A stretch of DNA of 64,000 nt from Octopus sinensis (Eukaryota): the NCBI RefSeq assembly GCF_006345805.1, contig NC_043014.1:34782001-34846000 (forward strand). Reading direction: 5' to 3'. Shown here one piece after another: positions 23,629 to 35,874 of the stretch (position 1 is the stretch's first letter; each line of letters begins with the position of its first letter). A model generated the notes under the pieces. That model saw only the letters and a program-made list of their open reading frames with translations. It was not told the origin of the DNA and made no database searches. Position numbers and translations under genes: made by a program.

Positions 23629-24781
23629 TTAATATCTGGTTGACCCTCCTTTAGCATCAATTACCGCTTTTATACAGTTAGGCATTGAATCAACTAGTTT
23701 CTTGCAGGCGCTAGGCACAATTTTACTCCATTCTTCTCTCAACTTTTGTTACAAATATTCTTTATTTTTAATTGTTGTGTTCCTGATAGCTTCATCAAGA
23801 GTTCCCCATAGGTGTTAGATTGGATTTAGATTGGGGCTTTGAGCTGGCCAATCCATGGGAATAATACTCTGTGTCTCAAACCATTGATAAGTATTCTTTG
23901 CTGTATGACATAGAGCATTGTCCTGTTGAAAAATAACAGTTTTTTGACATTCCTGAATGTAATTTAGCAATTGATGGCTCTAAAACATCCAACAACATAG
24001 AAACATAGGGAGCTGAATTCATCCTTCCCTGACACAAAAACATTTCTCTGGGTCCTGTTGCATACATGTAAACCCCCACCATGATAGAACCACCCCCATG
24101 TTTTACAGTTGGTACCAGACATTCAGCCTTAAATGCTTCCCCAACTCTGTGACGCACGAAAGTTGCACCAGATGTACTGAAAACCAGAGTAAAAATATGA
24201 AAAATAATATTGGCTTTATGTTGGATACTTTTTAGAAATATATTTTGAGTAAGAAACCAGTTACATTAAGTTTATATGTTGATTGAATACATGTACTGTG
24301 TTACCTCATAGTTACTTTCATCAGACCATATGACTTTCAGCCATTGCTCACTAGTCCAATTTGAGTGATTTTTAACCCACTGAAGATGTTTTTCCATATT
24401 TGCTTCAGAAACCCATGGTTTCTTCCTGGCTTTACAGCCTTTCAGACCATACTCTACAAGCCATCTTCCAACAGTTCTGATTGATATTTGTAAAGTATTT
24501 GCCTCATTGAACTCCGCACAGAGCTCCAATGATGTTTTTCTCCAGTTTCTGAGCGACTGACAGATGATGAATCTATCATCTCGAAGTGATGTAACCTTTT
24601 TTATACCTGTTCTTTGTATTGTCTTCGCATCTTTTGTCTCTCTGAAGTGCTTGAGAGTCGTTTGCACCGCACATCGAGAACATTTCATCTTCTGAGCAAT
24701 TTGCCTTTGAGATATTCCATCTTCAAGATGAGCTACGATTTGAGCTTGCTCACATTCACTCAATTCCCTTGTCTTAGGCAT
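23629..24781 (-). pseudogene. Decayed DD34E Tc1 transposase with a probable 120-nt intron (24185-24304)
   Basis: MPKTRELSE HTH start; WSDES; TVKHGGGSIMV; QQDNA followed by 34 residues to PNLNPI* (E codon mutated to TAA); C-terminus AVIDAKGGSTRY*. Frameshifts and stops present. Confidence 0.9.
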
Positions 24782-24821
24782 TTTACTGTTTATTAACTGT
24801 ATCTACAACGTATTTTATATA

Positions 24822-25092
24822 ATGAAATTATTGTATACAGTGCTCAGATGCACCACAACTTGTCAAAAAGTGCATATAAAGCATATGCAGTAATGTAAAA
24901 ATGTCTGGAAAGCGAACAGTGTATGAGTCAGATACATGCTTGCGTGTATATGGAGGGGAGAAAATCAGGTGTAGTGTTGGCGAATCTCAGGAAGCATGGA
25001 AGTTTTGAAGGATGCAGTGCTCTGACAACTAACAACTGATGCCGGCAGTCTGTTCCATGCTTCAGCAACTCTTATAGTGAAAAAATGTATTT
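24822..25092 (-). mobile_element. CR1-like LINE 3' fragment inserted inside the Tc1 element
   Basis: Minus translation RVAEAWNRLPASVVSCQSTASFKTSMLPEIRQHYT*, then a 3' UTR ending TGTGGTGCATCTGAGCACTGTATACAATAATTTCATT; related ends at ~11265-11405 (+) and ~45630-45705 (-). Confidence 0.75.
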
Positions 25093-26912
25093 TAGCATAA
25101 AACTCTGAAATAATCAAGGAAACATAAGTTAATTTTGGACGTTGGTCTTATAATTGGTTGCATATGTCCAGTACAGTATAAAAGCGGTAAATGATGCTAA
25201 AGGCGGGTCAACCAGATAGTAAAACTAATGTATATTGTGAAATATACCATAATCTACCACGTACTCGAGTTTCATTAACATTGAGACAGCAGAACCCCAA
25301 AACATTGGGGTGGCCTAATACTTTTGGCCAAAGCTGTATATACATATGAATGTACACACACACACACACACGCACACATGTATGTATGTGTATATGTATG
25401 TAACACCATCAATCGTCATTTTTACCTTTGCTTTTCCAAGCTGGCATGATTTTGACATGATTTTTGTAGGCAGTATTTGATGGTCTTCCTGATACTCTAA
25501 CCTTCTTGTCACCTCTTATGACAAAAGCCAGGGTAAAAAAGAAAACCTCACAAATAGATATTCAACCACCCTGCTTCATACGTTCCTCATTCCTTTCGGG
25601 TGATTGGCGTCGGCTTCAAACGTCCAAGACTTTTCCATTATTCTTGAGCGTTGAACTAATACACCTTGTTTGTCGTTACCTTACTCTCTCTCTCTCTCTT
25701 TTTTACTCTTTTACTTGTTTCAGTCATTTGACTGCGGCCATGCTGGAGCACCGCCTTTTAGTCGAGCAAATTGACCCTGGGACTTATTCTTTGTAAGCCC
25801 AGTACTTATTCTATCGGTCTCTTTTACCGAACCGCTAAGTGACGGGGACGTAAACACACCAGCATCGGTTGTCAAGCAATGCTAGGGGGACAAACACATA
25901 CACACACATATACATATATATATATACGACAGGCTTCTTTCAGTTTCCGTCTACCAAATCCACTCACAAGGCATTGGTCGGCCCGGGGCTATAGCAGAAG
26001 ACACTTGCCCAAGATGCCACGCAGTGGGACTGAACCCGGAACCATGTGGTTGGTTAGCAAGCTACTTACCACACAGCCACTCCTGCGCCTGTCAGTCGTT
26101 TTTTTTTTTGTGTGTGCATTTGAACCAGATACACACACACACACATGAGTGTGTATGTGTGTCTGTGTGGGTGCGTGTGCGGTATGTTTGCCGTTACGTT
26201 CTGAGTTCAAATTCCTCCGAGGTCGACTTTGCCTTTCATCCTTTCGGGGTCGATTAAATAAGTACCAGTTACGCACTGGGGTTGATATAATCGACTTAAT
26301 CCGTTTGTCTATCCTTGTTTGTCCTCTCTGTGTTTAGCCCCCTGTGGGTAGTAAAGAAATAGGTATGTCTTTATAAGCTCACATACACGCACACATTATG
26401 TGCCTGCGTGTAAAATTTTTATTTCACTGTCTTTTTTTAATAATTTGATAGTAATGACAATAATAATGACGATGATGATGATGATGATGATTGTGGTGGG
26501 GGGTGGTGACATTTTCCTCCGACACAAACCATGTTGCCGACAAAAACTCAAGTAAAGCCGTTTCGTAAATAAATATGGAGTGAGCAATTACCTCCCTTAG
26601 ACCCTTTGTCGAACTTCTTGAAATTTCTTCCGTTTCAATTATATGTTAATATCCTATGCAGAGCATAACAGTTATGTTAATATGTCAACTGAATTGATTT
26701 ATAATATTCAGTTTTGTTTTTGTGGTTGTTATTGTTGATTAATTACGTACATAATTTATATTATATTGCAACAGTATATGTGATATGTACATGAACTTTA
26801 CTTCATTCACAAAATGTTTAAATAACTATAATTTAAAATAACTGTGAACAATAAAAATAGAACGTCCACACACGCACACGTTCATGCTCATACATGTATG
26901 CATGTATGTATG

Positions 26913-26977
<65 letters not shown>

Positions 26978-27123
26978 CACACACACACATATATATATAT
27001 ACATATACGTATACGTACATACATATACATATATATATACTTATACATATATACATATACGTATACATACACACACACACATATACATATATATATATGT
27101 ATGTATGTATATATATATATATA

Positions 27124-27350
27124 CAGGTGGCTCCAAAATAGGTTTACGTAGGCACTTTAAATTTCTTTTAAAACATTTTATTACATTCAAATTTCTATCT
27201 TACAAAGTGAAAAGGGAGTTTGACAAAATTAGCTAAATTAGCATAGAATAATTGTTTCATATTTTTTTGTATAATTAATATCTAAACTCTTAATATATAA
27301 ATGCAAAAGAGATAGTTGAATAACTGTAAACCTACTTTTGGGCCACTTTG
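27124..27350. mobile_element. Tc1/mariner-type MITE
   Basis: TA-flanked imperfect TIRs CAGGTGGCTCCAAAATAGGTTTAC / GTAAACCTACTTTTGGGCCACTTTG. Confidence 0.7.
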
Positions 27351-27510
27351 TATACAGAGAGAGAGAGAGAGCGTACTGGTATTTTTTGCATGGCACCAGC
27401 AGCTGTGAAGTCACTCAGTAACTTGCAAATCAAGACCCCTCGACTGAGGGAGTAAAATTTTGGGAAAATGTTATTAACAGAGAGTGACAGAATATTTCTT
27501 GTTTTATATG

Positions 27511-27559
<49 letters not shown>

Positions 27560-27580
27560 AATTTTTTAAAAAACGGGGCA

Positions 27581-27611
<31 letters not shown>

Positions 27612-27762
27612 TTATGAGAGGTAATGGTGTTCAATAAGACCCAAAGGTGTCAGGTAATGCTGAGTAAATGCTATGGACAGACTATAGTTAAGCTCCAGGT
27701 TTGATGATTATGCAAATGAGGAGTCCAACATAGGTCATATATCAGCATGTGTATATATAAAA

Positions 27763-28349
27763 AAATTAAGAGAATGAGATAAAATTCCAAGGCTGTGAAA
27801 GATTTCAGAACATTTATGAATAGAAGGTCTTACAGCTGTTTCAGGGATATTCTAGATATCCCTCCATTAGAGAAGGTGTGAGAAAATGGTTAAGTAGTAG
27901 TTATTCTAGATAAGATATGAAATAGAGAGTGAAGTGGAGGAATGAAAATAGACATGAGATATGCAGGGATATTGTTTCTGTAGTTTCATTATTTAGACAG
28001 AATGGCATACATATAAGTATCCTGTACCTTTTGAGTAAGTTCCAATAGTATTTAAAATAGTATTTAAACTTGGTCATTAAATACTATTGGAACTTACTCA
28101 CAAGGTACATTCTGCCTAAATAGTGTAACTGCTTATACAATATCCCTGCATATCTCATGTCTATTTTCATTCCTCCACTTCACTCTCTATTTTATATCTT
28201 ATCTAGAATAACTACTGCTTAACCATTTTCTCACACTGTCTCCAATGAAGGGATATATAAAATATCTCAGAAACAGCTGTAAGACCTTCTATTTATAAAT
28301 GTTCTGAAATCTTTCACAGCTTTGGATTTTTATCTCATTCTGTTAATTT
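27763..28349. mobile_element. ~590-bp foldback, probable Penelope-like inverted pseudo-LTR pair, each arm with a degenerate hammerhead motif
   Basis: Arms of ~280 bp and a ~22-nt loop (28056-28077); motifs at 28238-28285 (+) and 27827-27874 (-). Confidence 0.7.
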
Positions 28350-28774
28350 GAGTGGCCGTGTGGTAAGTAGCTTGCTAACCAACCACATGGTTCCGGTTCA
28401 GTCCCACTGCGTGGCACCTTGGGCAAGTGTATTCTACTATAGCCTCGGGCCGACCAAAGCCTTGTGAGTGGATTTGGTAGACGGAAACTGAAAGAAGCCT
28501 GTCGTATATATTTATATATATATATATGTGTATGTGCGTGTTTGTCCCCCTAGCATTGCTTGACAACCGATGCTGGTGTGTTTACGTCCCCGTTACTTAG
28601 CGGTTTGGCAAAAGAGACCGATAGAATAAGTACTGGGCTTACAAAGAATAAGTCCCGGGATCGATTTGCTTGACTAAAGGTGGTGCTCCAGCATGGCCGC
28701 AATCAAAGGACTGAAACAAGTAAAAGAGTAACAGAGAGATATCGTTTGCAAGATTCTTTATGTTGAAGCATATT

Positions 28775-29030
28775 CTGTTGTGTCTGGGGAGTCATTCTCT
28801 TTTAGTGCCTTACAATTTAATACACTCACCACTTAAAATTTCTACTTATTTCTTTTTTATTTTTCTAAAATTTCCATAGTGTCTTGCAACCTTTTCAATA
28901 CTTTTGATTTCCCCAGAGTCAAAACTATTGAAAAGGTTGCAAGATGCAACAAAAATAAGTGGAAATTTTATTGGGGAGTGTGTTAAATAATATAGCACTA
29001 AAAGAGAATGACTCTCCCCAGACACAACAG
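28775..29030. mobile_element. Foldback MITE (~255 bp)
   Basis: TIR CTGTTGTGTCTGGGGAGTCATTCTCTTTTAGTGC plus an inner hairpin CTTGCAACCTTTTCAATA. Confidence 0.8.
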
Positions 29031-29035
29031 TATAT

Positions 29036-29064
<29 letters not shown>

Positions 29065-29083
<19 letters not shown>

Positions 29084-29911
29084 CAGTGACGACTCCAGGT
29101 CATCAGCATCACTCGGGCTTATCTTAAAATTTCGTCACTCAGGGTCATCACAGATTTTCTCACTTGGGCTTATCACAAATTTTGCATAAGACACATGCCC
29201 GCCAGAAGAATTTCTCATGTTTTCTGCTTTATTTCTGGCCACAAACGGTTTATTTTTTATATCTAGCACTCTGTCTTTTTCCATTTCTAAATTTAGTGTT
29301 AAAATAAAGCAACCATGCAAAACACAACTGATCTTTGTACTCAGATGCCCAGAATAACAGCAATCAAATAATGACAGCAGAATGCAGGACAAACATCTGT
29401 GATCTGACTGTCATCTGTACTCTTGACAAGAGATACCAGTTAGTTTTTTTATACTTACAAGGCTTGTTCGTATTAGCCCAAATTACTGGATAATTTTTTG
29501 TTCTTTTAGAAATATTGTAGAATGGAAACTTTTCATAGATTGGGATTTTAATATTAATCTCTATAGAAATTTATTGTTTCACGAAAGCATTGAATTTGAA
29601 TTACTTTTAATTTTTACGATTATAGATAACAACTTGGGCTGTAACTTCTGAGCCCAAGTCAGGTGCGTGTGAACGATGTCAAGAGAACATCTGCTACATA
29701 TGATATTTTTTGACACAGGGCACTTCTAAGACACCACCAGGTGCTGAACAAAAATAAATGAACTGTGACCAGGCTCAATAAAAGGAGCCTGAGTTATTGA
29801 CTGCAATTACATACTTGAAGTCAGTGTTGGGAGAAATTAAATCAACTTGCAAATACACATTCACTTTACTAAATTTATACTCAGGCTTAGCCCGAACAGC
29901 TCGAGTGCCAG
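29065..29911. mobile_element. Possible non-autonomous DNA transposon with recurring CTYRGGCTTA motifs
   Basis: TA-flanked CAGTGACGAC...GTCACCGCTG ends; motif recurs at ~29110, 29164, 29634, 29879. Confidence 0.4.
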
Positions 29912-29947
29912 TGTCACCGCTGATATATACATACATACATATATATA

Positions 29948-30000
<53 letters not shown>

Positions 30001-30384
30001 CTCGTGAATCTCGTTATAAACAACATGGACTCTTCTTAAGAAAAAATATATTTTCATATAAATTAAACATTGTATCATGAATAGCGATTGCGAAACCGGT
30101 CGATACATTAAAAATTATACTATAACCATGTAAGTGTGCGTATTTTCCATTTTTATTTTTCTTATATATATATATATATATATATATATCAGGTCATTCC
30201 ATAAGTTCTGTCCAATTTTACCTTTTTTAAAATTGAATGAAATTTAATAGTATTTTAGAATATCTGATGGAATTAAAAATTATTTTTATGCATTTGTGTA
30301 CATTTAAACTAATTAAATATTATTTTGCAGAATAATAGAATAAAAAATTTCTTTGATTAACACCCTTTCTAACATTTGGTTCCA

Positions 30385-30869
30385 AGCAAACTGAACTTCG
30401 ATGAGGGTGAACCAGAGGGCTGGATCAAAAGACCAAAAGGGCGGCACCTTTATTGAAATTGTGGCCTGAGGCAGTGCCATGTCCACAGAAGAAGAAGAGG
30501 ATGCAGGAATATCTTGGTCTGGAAAGTGCATGTATGATGAAAAAGAAGGCAGTAATTTGTTTTAGCATCAGGGTCACCAAATGTAATGGGTGTTGTTTAT
30601 GTTGAGGAAGAGAAAGATGATGTGGTTGTCATTGTGTTGTCTTCAAGGAATAAAGACAGTGGTCGAAGTTGTAGATCATATATTTTATTGCACTGTTACA
30701 TATAATAATTTCCTAACCATGACGAGTAGGTGTGTATAAAATAAATCAGTCGAAAAGCATACCAGGTAAAACAGAGTTGTATTTTCTTGTATGAGAATGT
30801 ATGATCTTAAGTTTACATATTCTTGTCATTCCAGCACCATGAAGAGACAAAGTGATGTTTGTTATAACA
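30385..30869 (-). mobile_element. Second Gypsy remnant: LTR (~30582-30869), PBS and gag start
   Basis: ...CCCATTACA|TTTGGTGACCC LTR/PBS junction; gag start ISIKVPPFWSFDPALWFTLIEVQF; truncated against a mariner-like end at 30190-30385. Confidence 0.75.
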
Positions 30870-31759
30870 GCACTAGTGAACAAGTGAGGGACAGGAGAGG
30901 GAAGTTGTATGGTGAAACACCATAGCTGCTGATCACCTCACAGGATTGCTTTCTCTCTCCCTCTGTCCACCTCTGTCTGATCTTGGAATTGCTTGTATTT
31001 ATAAGTATGCAGACCAGCTAGAAAAATAGTTATACTGTTGTAAATTTGACTAGTCACCTGTGGGGTAACTTATTTTTTTATTTATTTAAACTCCTTGTAG
31101 TCTAGAAGGGTTATAGGTCAAGAGGAAAATGTGTCAATCAAATATTGGCAAGGCCATAGATGGAACGAAACGGCGTTGTTCCTCCACAGGATAATAAGGT
31201 TGTATAGTTAAGGAGAAATTTATTGATTCAGTTTTGAAACTCAGGTAGGGACAAGCGAGGTCTCTCTCTCTCTTTCTACATATATATACATGGTTCTGGG
31301 TTCAGTCCCACTGTGTGACATCTTGGGCAAGTGTCTTCTACTATAGCCTCGGGCCGACCAAAGCCATTTAAGTGGATTTGGTAGAAGGAAACTGAAAGAA
31401 GCCCGTCGTATATATGTATATATATATATGTGTGTGTGTGTGTTTGTGTGTCTGTGTTTATCTCCCTAGCATTGCTTGACAACCGATGCTGGTGTGTTTA
31501 CGTCCTTATCACTTAGCGGTTTGGCAAAAGAGAATGATAGAATAAGTACTGGGCTTACAAAGAATAAGTCCCAGGGTCAATTTGCTCGACTAAAGGTGGT
31601 GCTCCATTATGGCCGCAGTCAAATGACTGAAACAAGTAAAAGAATAAAAGAATAAAAAGAATATATATATATATAAGCACACACACACAAATGTTGAATT
31701 TTGGTGGACAACTGAGATAGGAGTATTCAATACATGTAGAGAATATGGTTTATTGAGAT

Positions 31760-32432
31760 TTGTGATATGTTTCAGGCAACTGCAATCTTCAGGCAAGAAC
31801 TGTAATAACTCACTTTTGGTGGATTATTCATATCCTTTGGTGTGGTTGTGGGTGTGGCCTAATGTCTACCTTTATTATTTGGTTTATGCTTAGCATTTAC
31901 TGATTGACAATTATTTTTCTGCCCTTATTGTTATTTTTTTTGTTGTTGCATGGTATCTATATTTCTAGAACTAGTTAGGGACATAAAATATTAATTTTAC
32001 AGTTAAATTCACTCATAGACATCTTTATATATGCCATAATGTTGATAAAATCAAGAACATTTACAAACTCAATACCTTCACAAAATCTTACTATAAAAAT
32101 ATTTTACTAAAATAAAATTGACCAAAAAAACATACCAAAATATACGTTACTAAAGAACAACTTCAATTAGAATAATAAATAAATCTAGAAGAAATACGTA
32201 AGCTAAAAACATTCCCACTCCCATCAACAAAGATAAGAAATATAAACATCATGTCATAAAAAGTGACCAATGAAGAAGCTGAAAATGAGAACCAATCAAC
32301 AAATATAAAATGCAAACTAATAAATAAGCAAAAGCATAGGACCTTACATCCACAATAATACATATAAATAATCCACCAAAACTAATTTGTAACAGCTCTT
32401 GCCTGAAGATTGCAAGTGCATGAAACTCAAGT
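31760..32432. mobile_element. Old inverted pair with CTGAAGA...GAAA hammerhead-like cores (Penelope-like remnant)
   Basis: CTTGCCTGAAGATTGCA...TGAAAC on - at ~31765-31798 and on + at ~32397-32432, with decayed complementary flanks. Confidence 0.45.
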
Positions 32433-33572
32433 TTGAAACAATGGTTTCAAATTTTGGCACCAAGGCCAGCAAGTTTGTGGGAGGGGATAAGTTAATTACA
32501 TTGACCCCAGTGCTCAACTGGTATTATTTTAGTAACCTTGAAAGGATGTAAAGCAAAGTCTACCTTGGGCAGAATTTGAACTCAGAATGTAAAACCGGAT
32601 CAAATGCCACTAAGTATTTTGTCTGGTGTGCTAACAATTTTGCCAGCTCTCCACCTTAACAATAACTATAACAATAGCAATAATTTCTGTACTCATCAAT
32701 GAAAGAAACACTAAGTTGTTCAGTGATAAACAGGAACAAGGAAGTAATCAATACTACAGATTGGTTTATTTATGATAAACTTGATTTAACCAATAAGAAA
32801 GACCTAATATTGATCAGTTGGCATAATGACTGATAATATTGATCTTACAGCTTATTCACTAACCATAAATAATTCAAATAATAGAAAGTACAGGAGAAAG
32901 GGGTCACCATACCTCATCCTTACTCTTTGTGTACAAAAAAATCTGTTGTTATTGTTGTGGTTGTACAGAGCCATGCCAACCCTGTTAAAACAAATCTATG
33001 ATCAAAGGCATTCCAACCATGACCATCCCGTCTTTTTGAGATGTCTAGAACTACATTATCTAACATATCCTGCCACTTCTTAAGGCAGTAAGATGTCATT
33101 TGTAGGAGACTTGGTTGCTGTTCATAAGGGGGCAAGCAGCTACACAGAAGCTTCTTTGAAAAGGGGAGAGAGATGGCTAAGACTCTTGTTGACCAATGCA
33201 TTGTTTTTGTTGTTAGTGGAGGTGGGTATTGTTGTTGTTGATATGTAACCTTAAGTTGGTCTTTCATAGATTTATGACCAGAGGTGTTTCAGTTATGACC
33301 ATACCATCTTAGTTATGATAAGATTATGCAATATACTCTGTTTTTAAGACATTAAAATGTGACTTGAGAGAGACTTGACTGCTATTTCCAGCAGTTCATA
33401 TGACTATGTAGAGGCTACTTCATTTGATTGTGTACAAAAAAGTAATTGTTGGTGTAGATGCTTAGCACTAAGACTTCAGAAATGAAGGACATATTGTATA
33501 ACATCATCCTCAACTTTATATCAACTTCTCCTTGTTGACTAATAAAATAGTACGAAGAAAACTACAGCTTAC

Positions 33573-33681
33573 CAGGAACTGTTTGTGACACCCAGAGTTG
33601 CTTGTCAGCCAAGTCATCGTCTGAAAGCTGATCCATGGGAGCAGGAACTGTGGATGTCCTTCCAAAACCATGGCTAAGATC
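33573..33681 (-). CDS. Internal coding exon of an unidentified gene (DLSHGFGRTSTVPAPMDQLSDDDLADKQLWVSQTVP-G)
   Basis: Acceptor accattttcctgtatcAG|, donor CCTG|GTAAGC, 109 nt (phase 0 to 1), open frame in non-repetitive sequence; the opposite strand is closed in all three frames over the same span. Confidence 0.6.
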
Positions 33682-33818
33682 CTGATACAGGAAAATGGTA
33701 ATATGACTACTTGATGAAGTTAAGATACTGAGAGTGGCACACATCCATCATTATGCTAAGATACTGATGGGTGAAGCACATTCGTGATTATGTTAAACAC
33801 AAAAGCAGCAGCAGCAGC

Positions 33819-33858
<40 letters not shown>

Positions 33859-35489
33859 GCAGCAGCAGCAGCAGCAGCAACAACAACAACAACAACAACA
33901 ACAAGATGAAGGTGGTAATAATAATTATGATGCTGATAATAATGACAATGATGTGCTGGAATGACATTAAATCATTATAAGCAACATTTTGAATTATAAA
34001 AAAATTTGTAGCTGGTGGCATTTGAACCATAGTTTGAATGTCTGCTGGGAGCCTGCTGTTTTTTTTTTTTTATTTCAAATTGTGTGGCTGTGTGGTAAGA
34101 TGTTTGCTTCCCAACCACATGGTTCTGGGTTCAGTTCCACTGCATGGCACCTTCGGCAAGTGTCTTCTACTTAGGCCAACCTTGTGAATGGATTTGGTAG
34201 AAACTGAAAGAAGCTCATTGTGTGTGTGTGTGTGTGGGGGTGTCTTTGTGTCTGTGTTTCCTCCTCCTCCTCCTCCTCCATCACCACCACCACTTGACAA
34301 CTGGTGTTGGTGTGTTTACATCCCCATAACTAAGCAGTTTGGCAAAGGGGACCCATAAAATAAGTACTGGGGTTGATTCATTCGACTAAACATTCTTCAA
34401 GGCAGTGCCCCAGTATGGCCACAATGTAATGACTGAAACAAGTAAAAGATAAAAGATAATGTCTCATGCGATTGACATTAAAATCTTAGCAGCAGTTAAT
34501 TCATACTTTAATAAGACCAATTCTATTACACACAGCCCATTTAATTAGGCTGATTAGAAACATATTGATTTCTTGCTTACATACAAAGGCTACATATTTG
34601 TAAAGGAAGAAAATAAGATTATGTGACATAGTGATGCTTCTCTCAAAGGGGTTTCAACAATAGAAATGAAATGAAAGGAGTTTGATCAGAGGACTGAAAC
34701 CTTACAGCAGCATTCAGCTTGGTTTGTACTCGATAGTTTGTACTTTAAAAAGGTACTTCTACAGCATATTTTGAAAAAAATTTGCAATACTCTCTCTCTC
34801 TTTACTTGTTTCCATCATTTGACTGCGGCCATGCTAGAGCACCACCTTTTAGTCAAGCAAATTGACCCCAGGACTTATTCTTTGTAAGCCTAGTACTTAT
34901 ACTATCGCTCTCTTTTGCCGAACCGCTAAGTGACAGGGACATAATCACACCAGCATCAGTTGTCAAGCAATGCTAGGGGAACAAACACTGACGCACAAAC
35001 ATACACACACACATATATGTACATATATATGACGGGCTTCTTTCAGTTTCCGTCTACCAAATCTACTCACAAGGCTTTAGTTGGCCCGAGGCTATAGTAG
35101 AAGACACTTGCCCAAGATGCCACGCAGTGGGAGTGAACCCGGAACCATGTGGTTGGTAAGCAAGCTACTTACAACACAGCCACTCCTGCACCTGAGGAAA
35201 TGAAACATAAAATATATGAATTATTAGTGACTTTAGAAACAAAAATATAGAATGAAACACTATCCAAATATTGGCTTCAAATTTTTGCTCAGGTCAGCAA
35301 AAAGTACCCCAGTACTCAGCCAATACTTATTTTATCAATCCCAAAAGGATGAAAGGCAAAGTTGTCCTTGGTGGAATTTGAACTCAGAATGTAAAGATGG
35401 ACAAAAATGCCTCAAGGCGTTTTGCTTGGCATGCTAACAATTCTGCCCACTTGCCACCTTACATTGTTCAAATGTTGGGAGTTAAAATG

Positions 35490-35874
35490 GATCTTTTCGG
35501 TTTGAACGGCAGATATTAACTAAAAAATTTTAAACTTCGTATACTGGTAGAATGTGTTTATAAAACATCTTTTTCTCTTGGTTTTATTGAGAAAATTCTA
35601 TTGTTTGTAAGATATTTGTTGTTTTTTTTTCTGCAATTTCAACCAATCACTGACGTCTATTGAGGTAAAAAACATTCTGTGCCATATGAATATGTCCCTC
35701 GTTTAAGAAACAGATTGGGTTTATTTACATTTGTGAAGAAAAAAAGATACCCTTCACCCTACCCCTAACCCTAAAACAGATTGAAATGCAATAGATCAAT
35801 ACTAGGGTCATAATTATGGGTGACAATTTCATATGACACCGCTAGAAAAAACTGCCATTCAAACCGAAAAAATC
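35490..35874. mobile_element. Non-autonomous TIR element
   Basis: GATCTTTTCGGTTTGAACGGCAG / CTGCCATTCAAACCGAAAAAATC; contains a CCCTAA-like patch. Confidence 0.7.

Larger units (their letters stand above)
23515..25336 (-). mobile_element. Tc1-family DNA transposon, full length, ~164-bp TIRs, TA target duplication
   Basis: TA|CAGCCTTGGCCAAAAGTATTAGGCCACCCC... matches ...GGGGTGGCCTAATACTTTTGGCCAAAGCTG|TA; TIR homology spans 23515-23678 and 25173-25336. Confidence 0.95.

Noticed and set aside
29652-29703. GACERCQENIC, resembling a piggyBac Cys-rich tail
   Set aside because: It is too short, lacks the following His, and has no adjoining transposase or TTAA ends.
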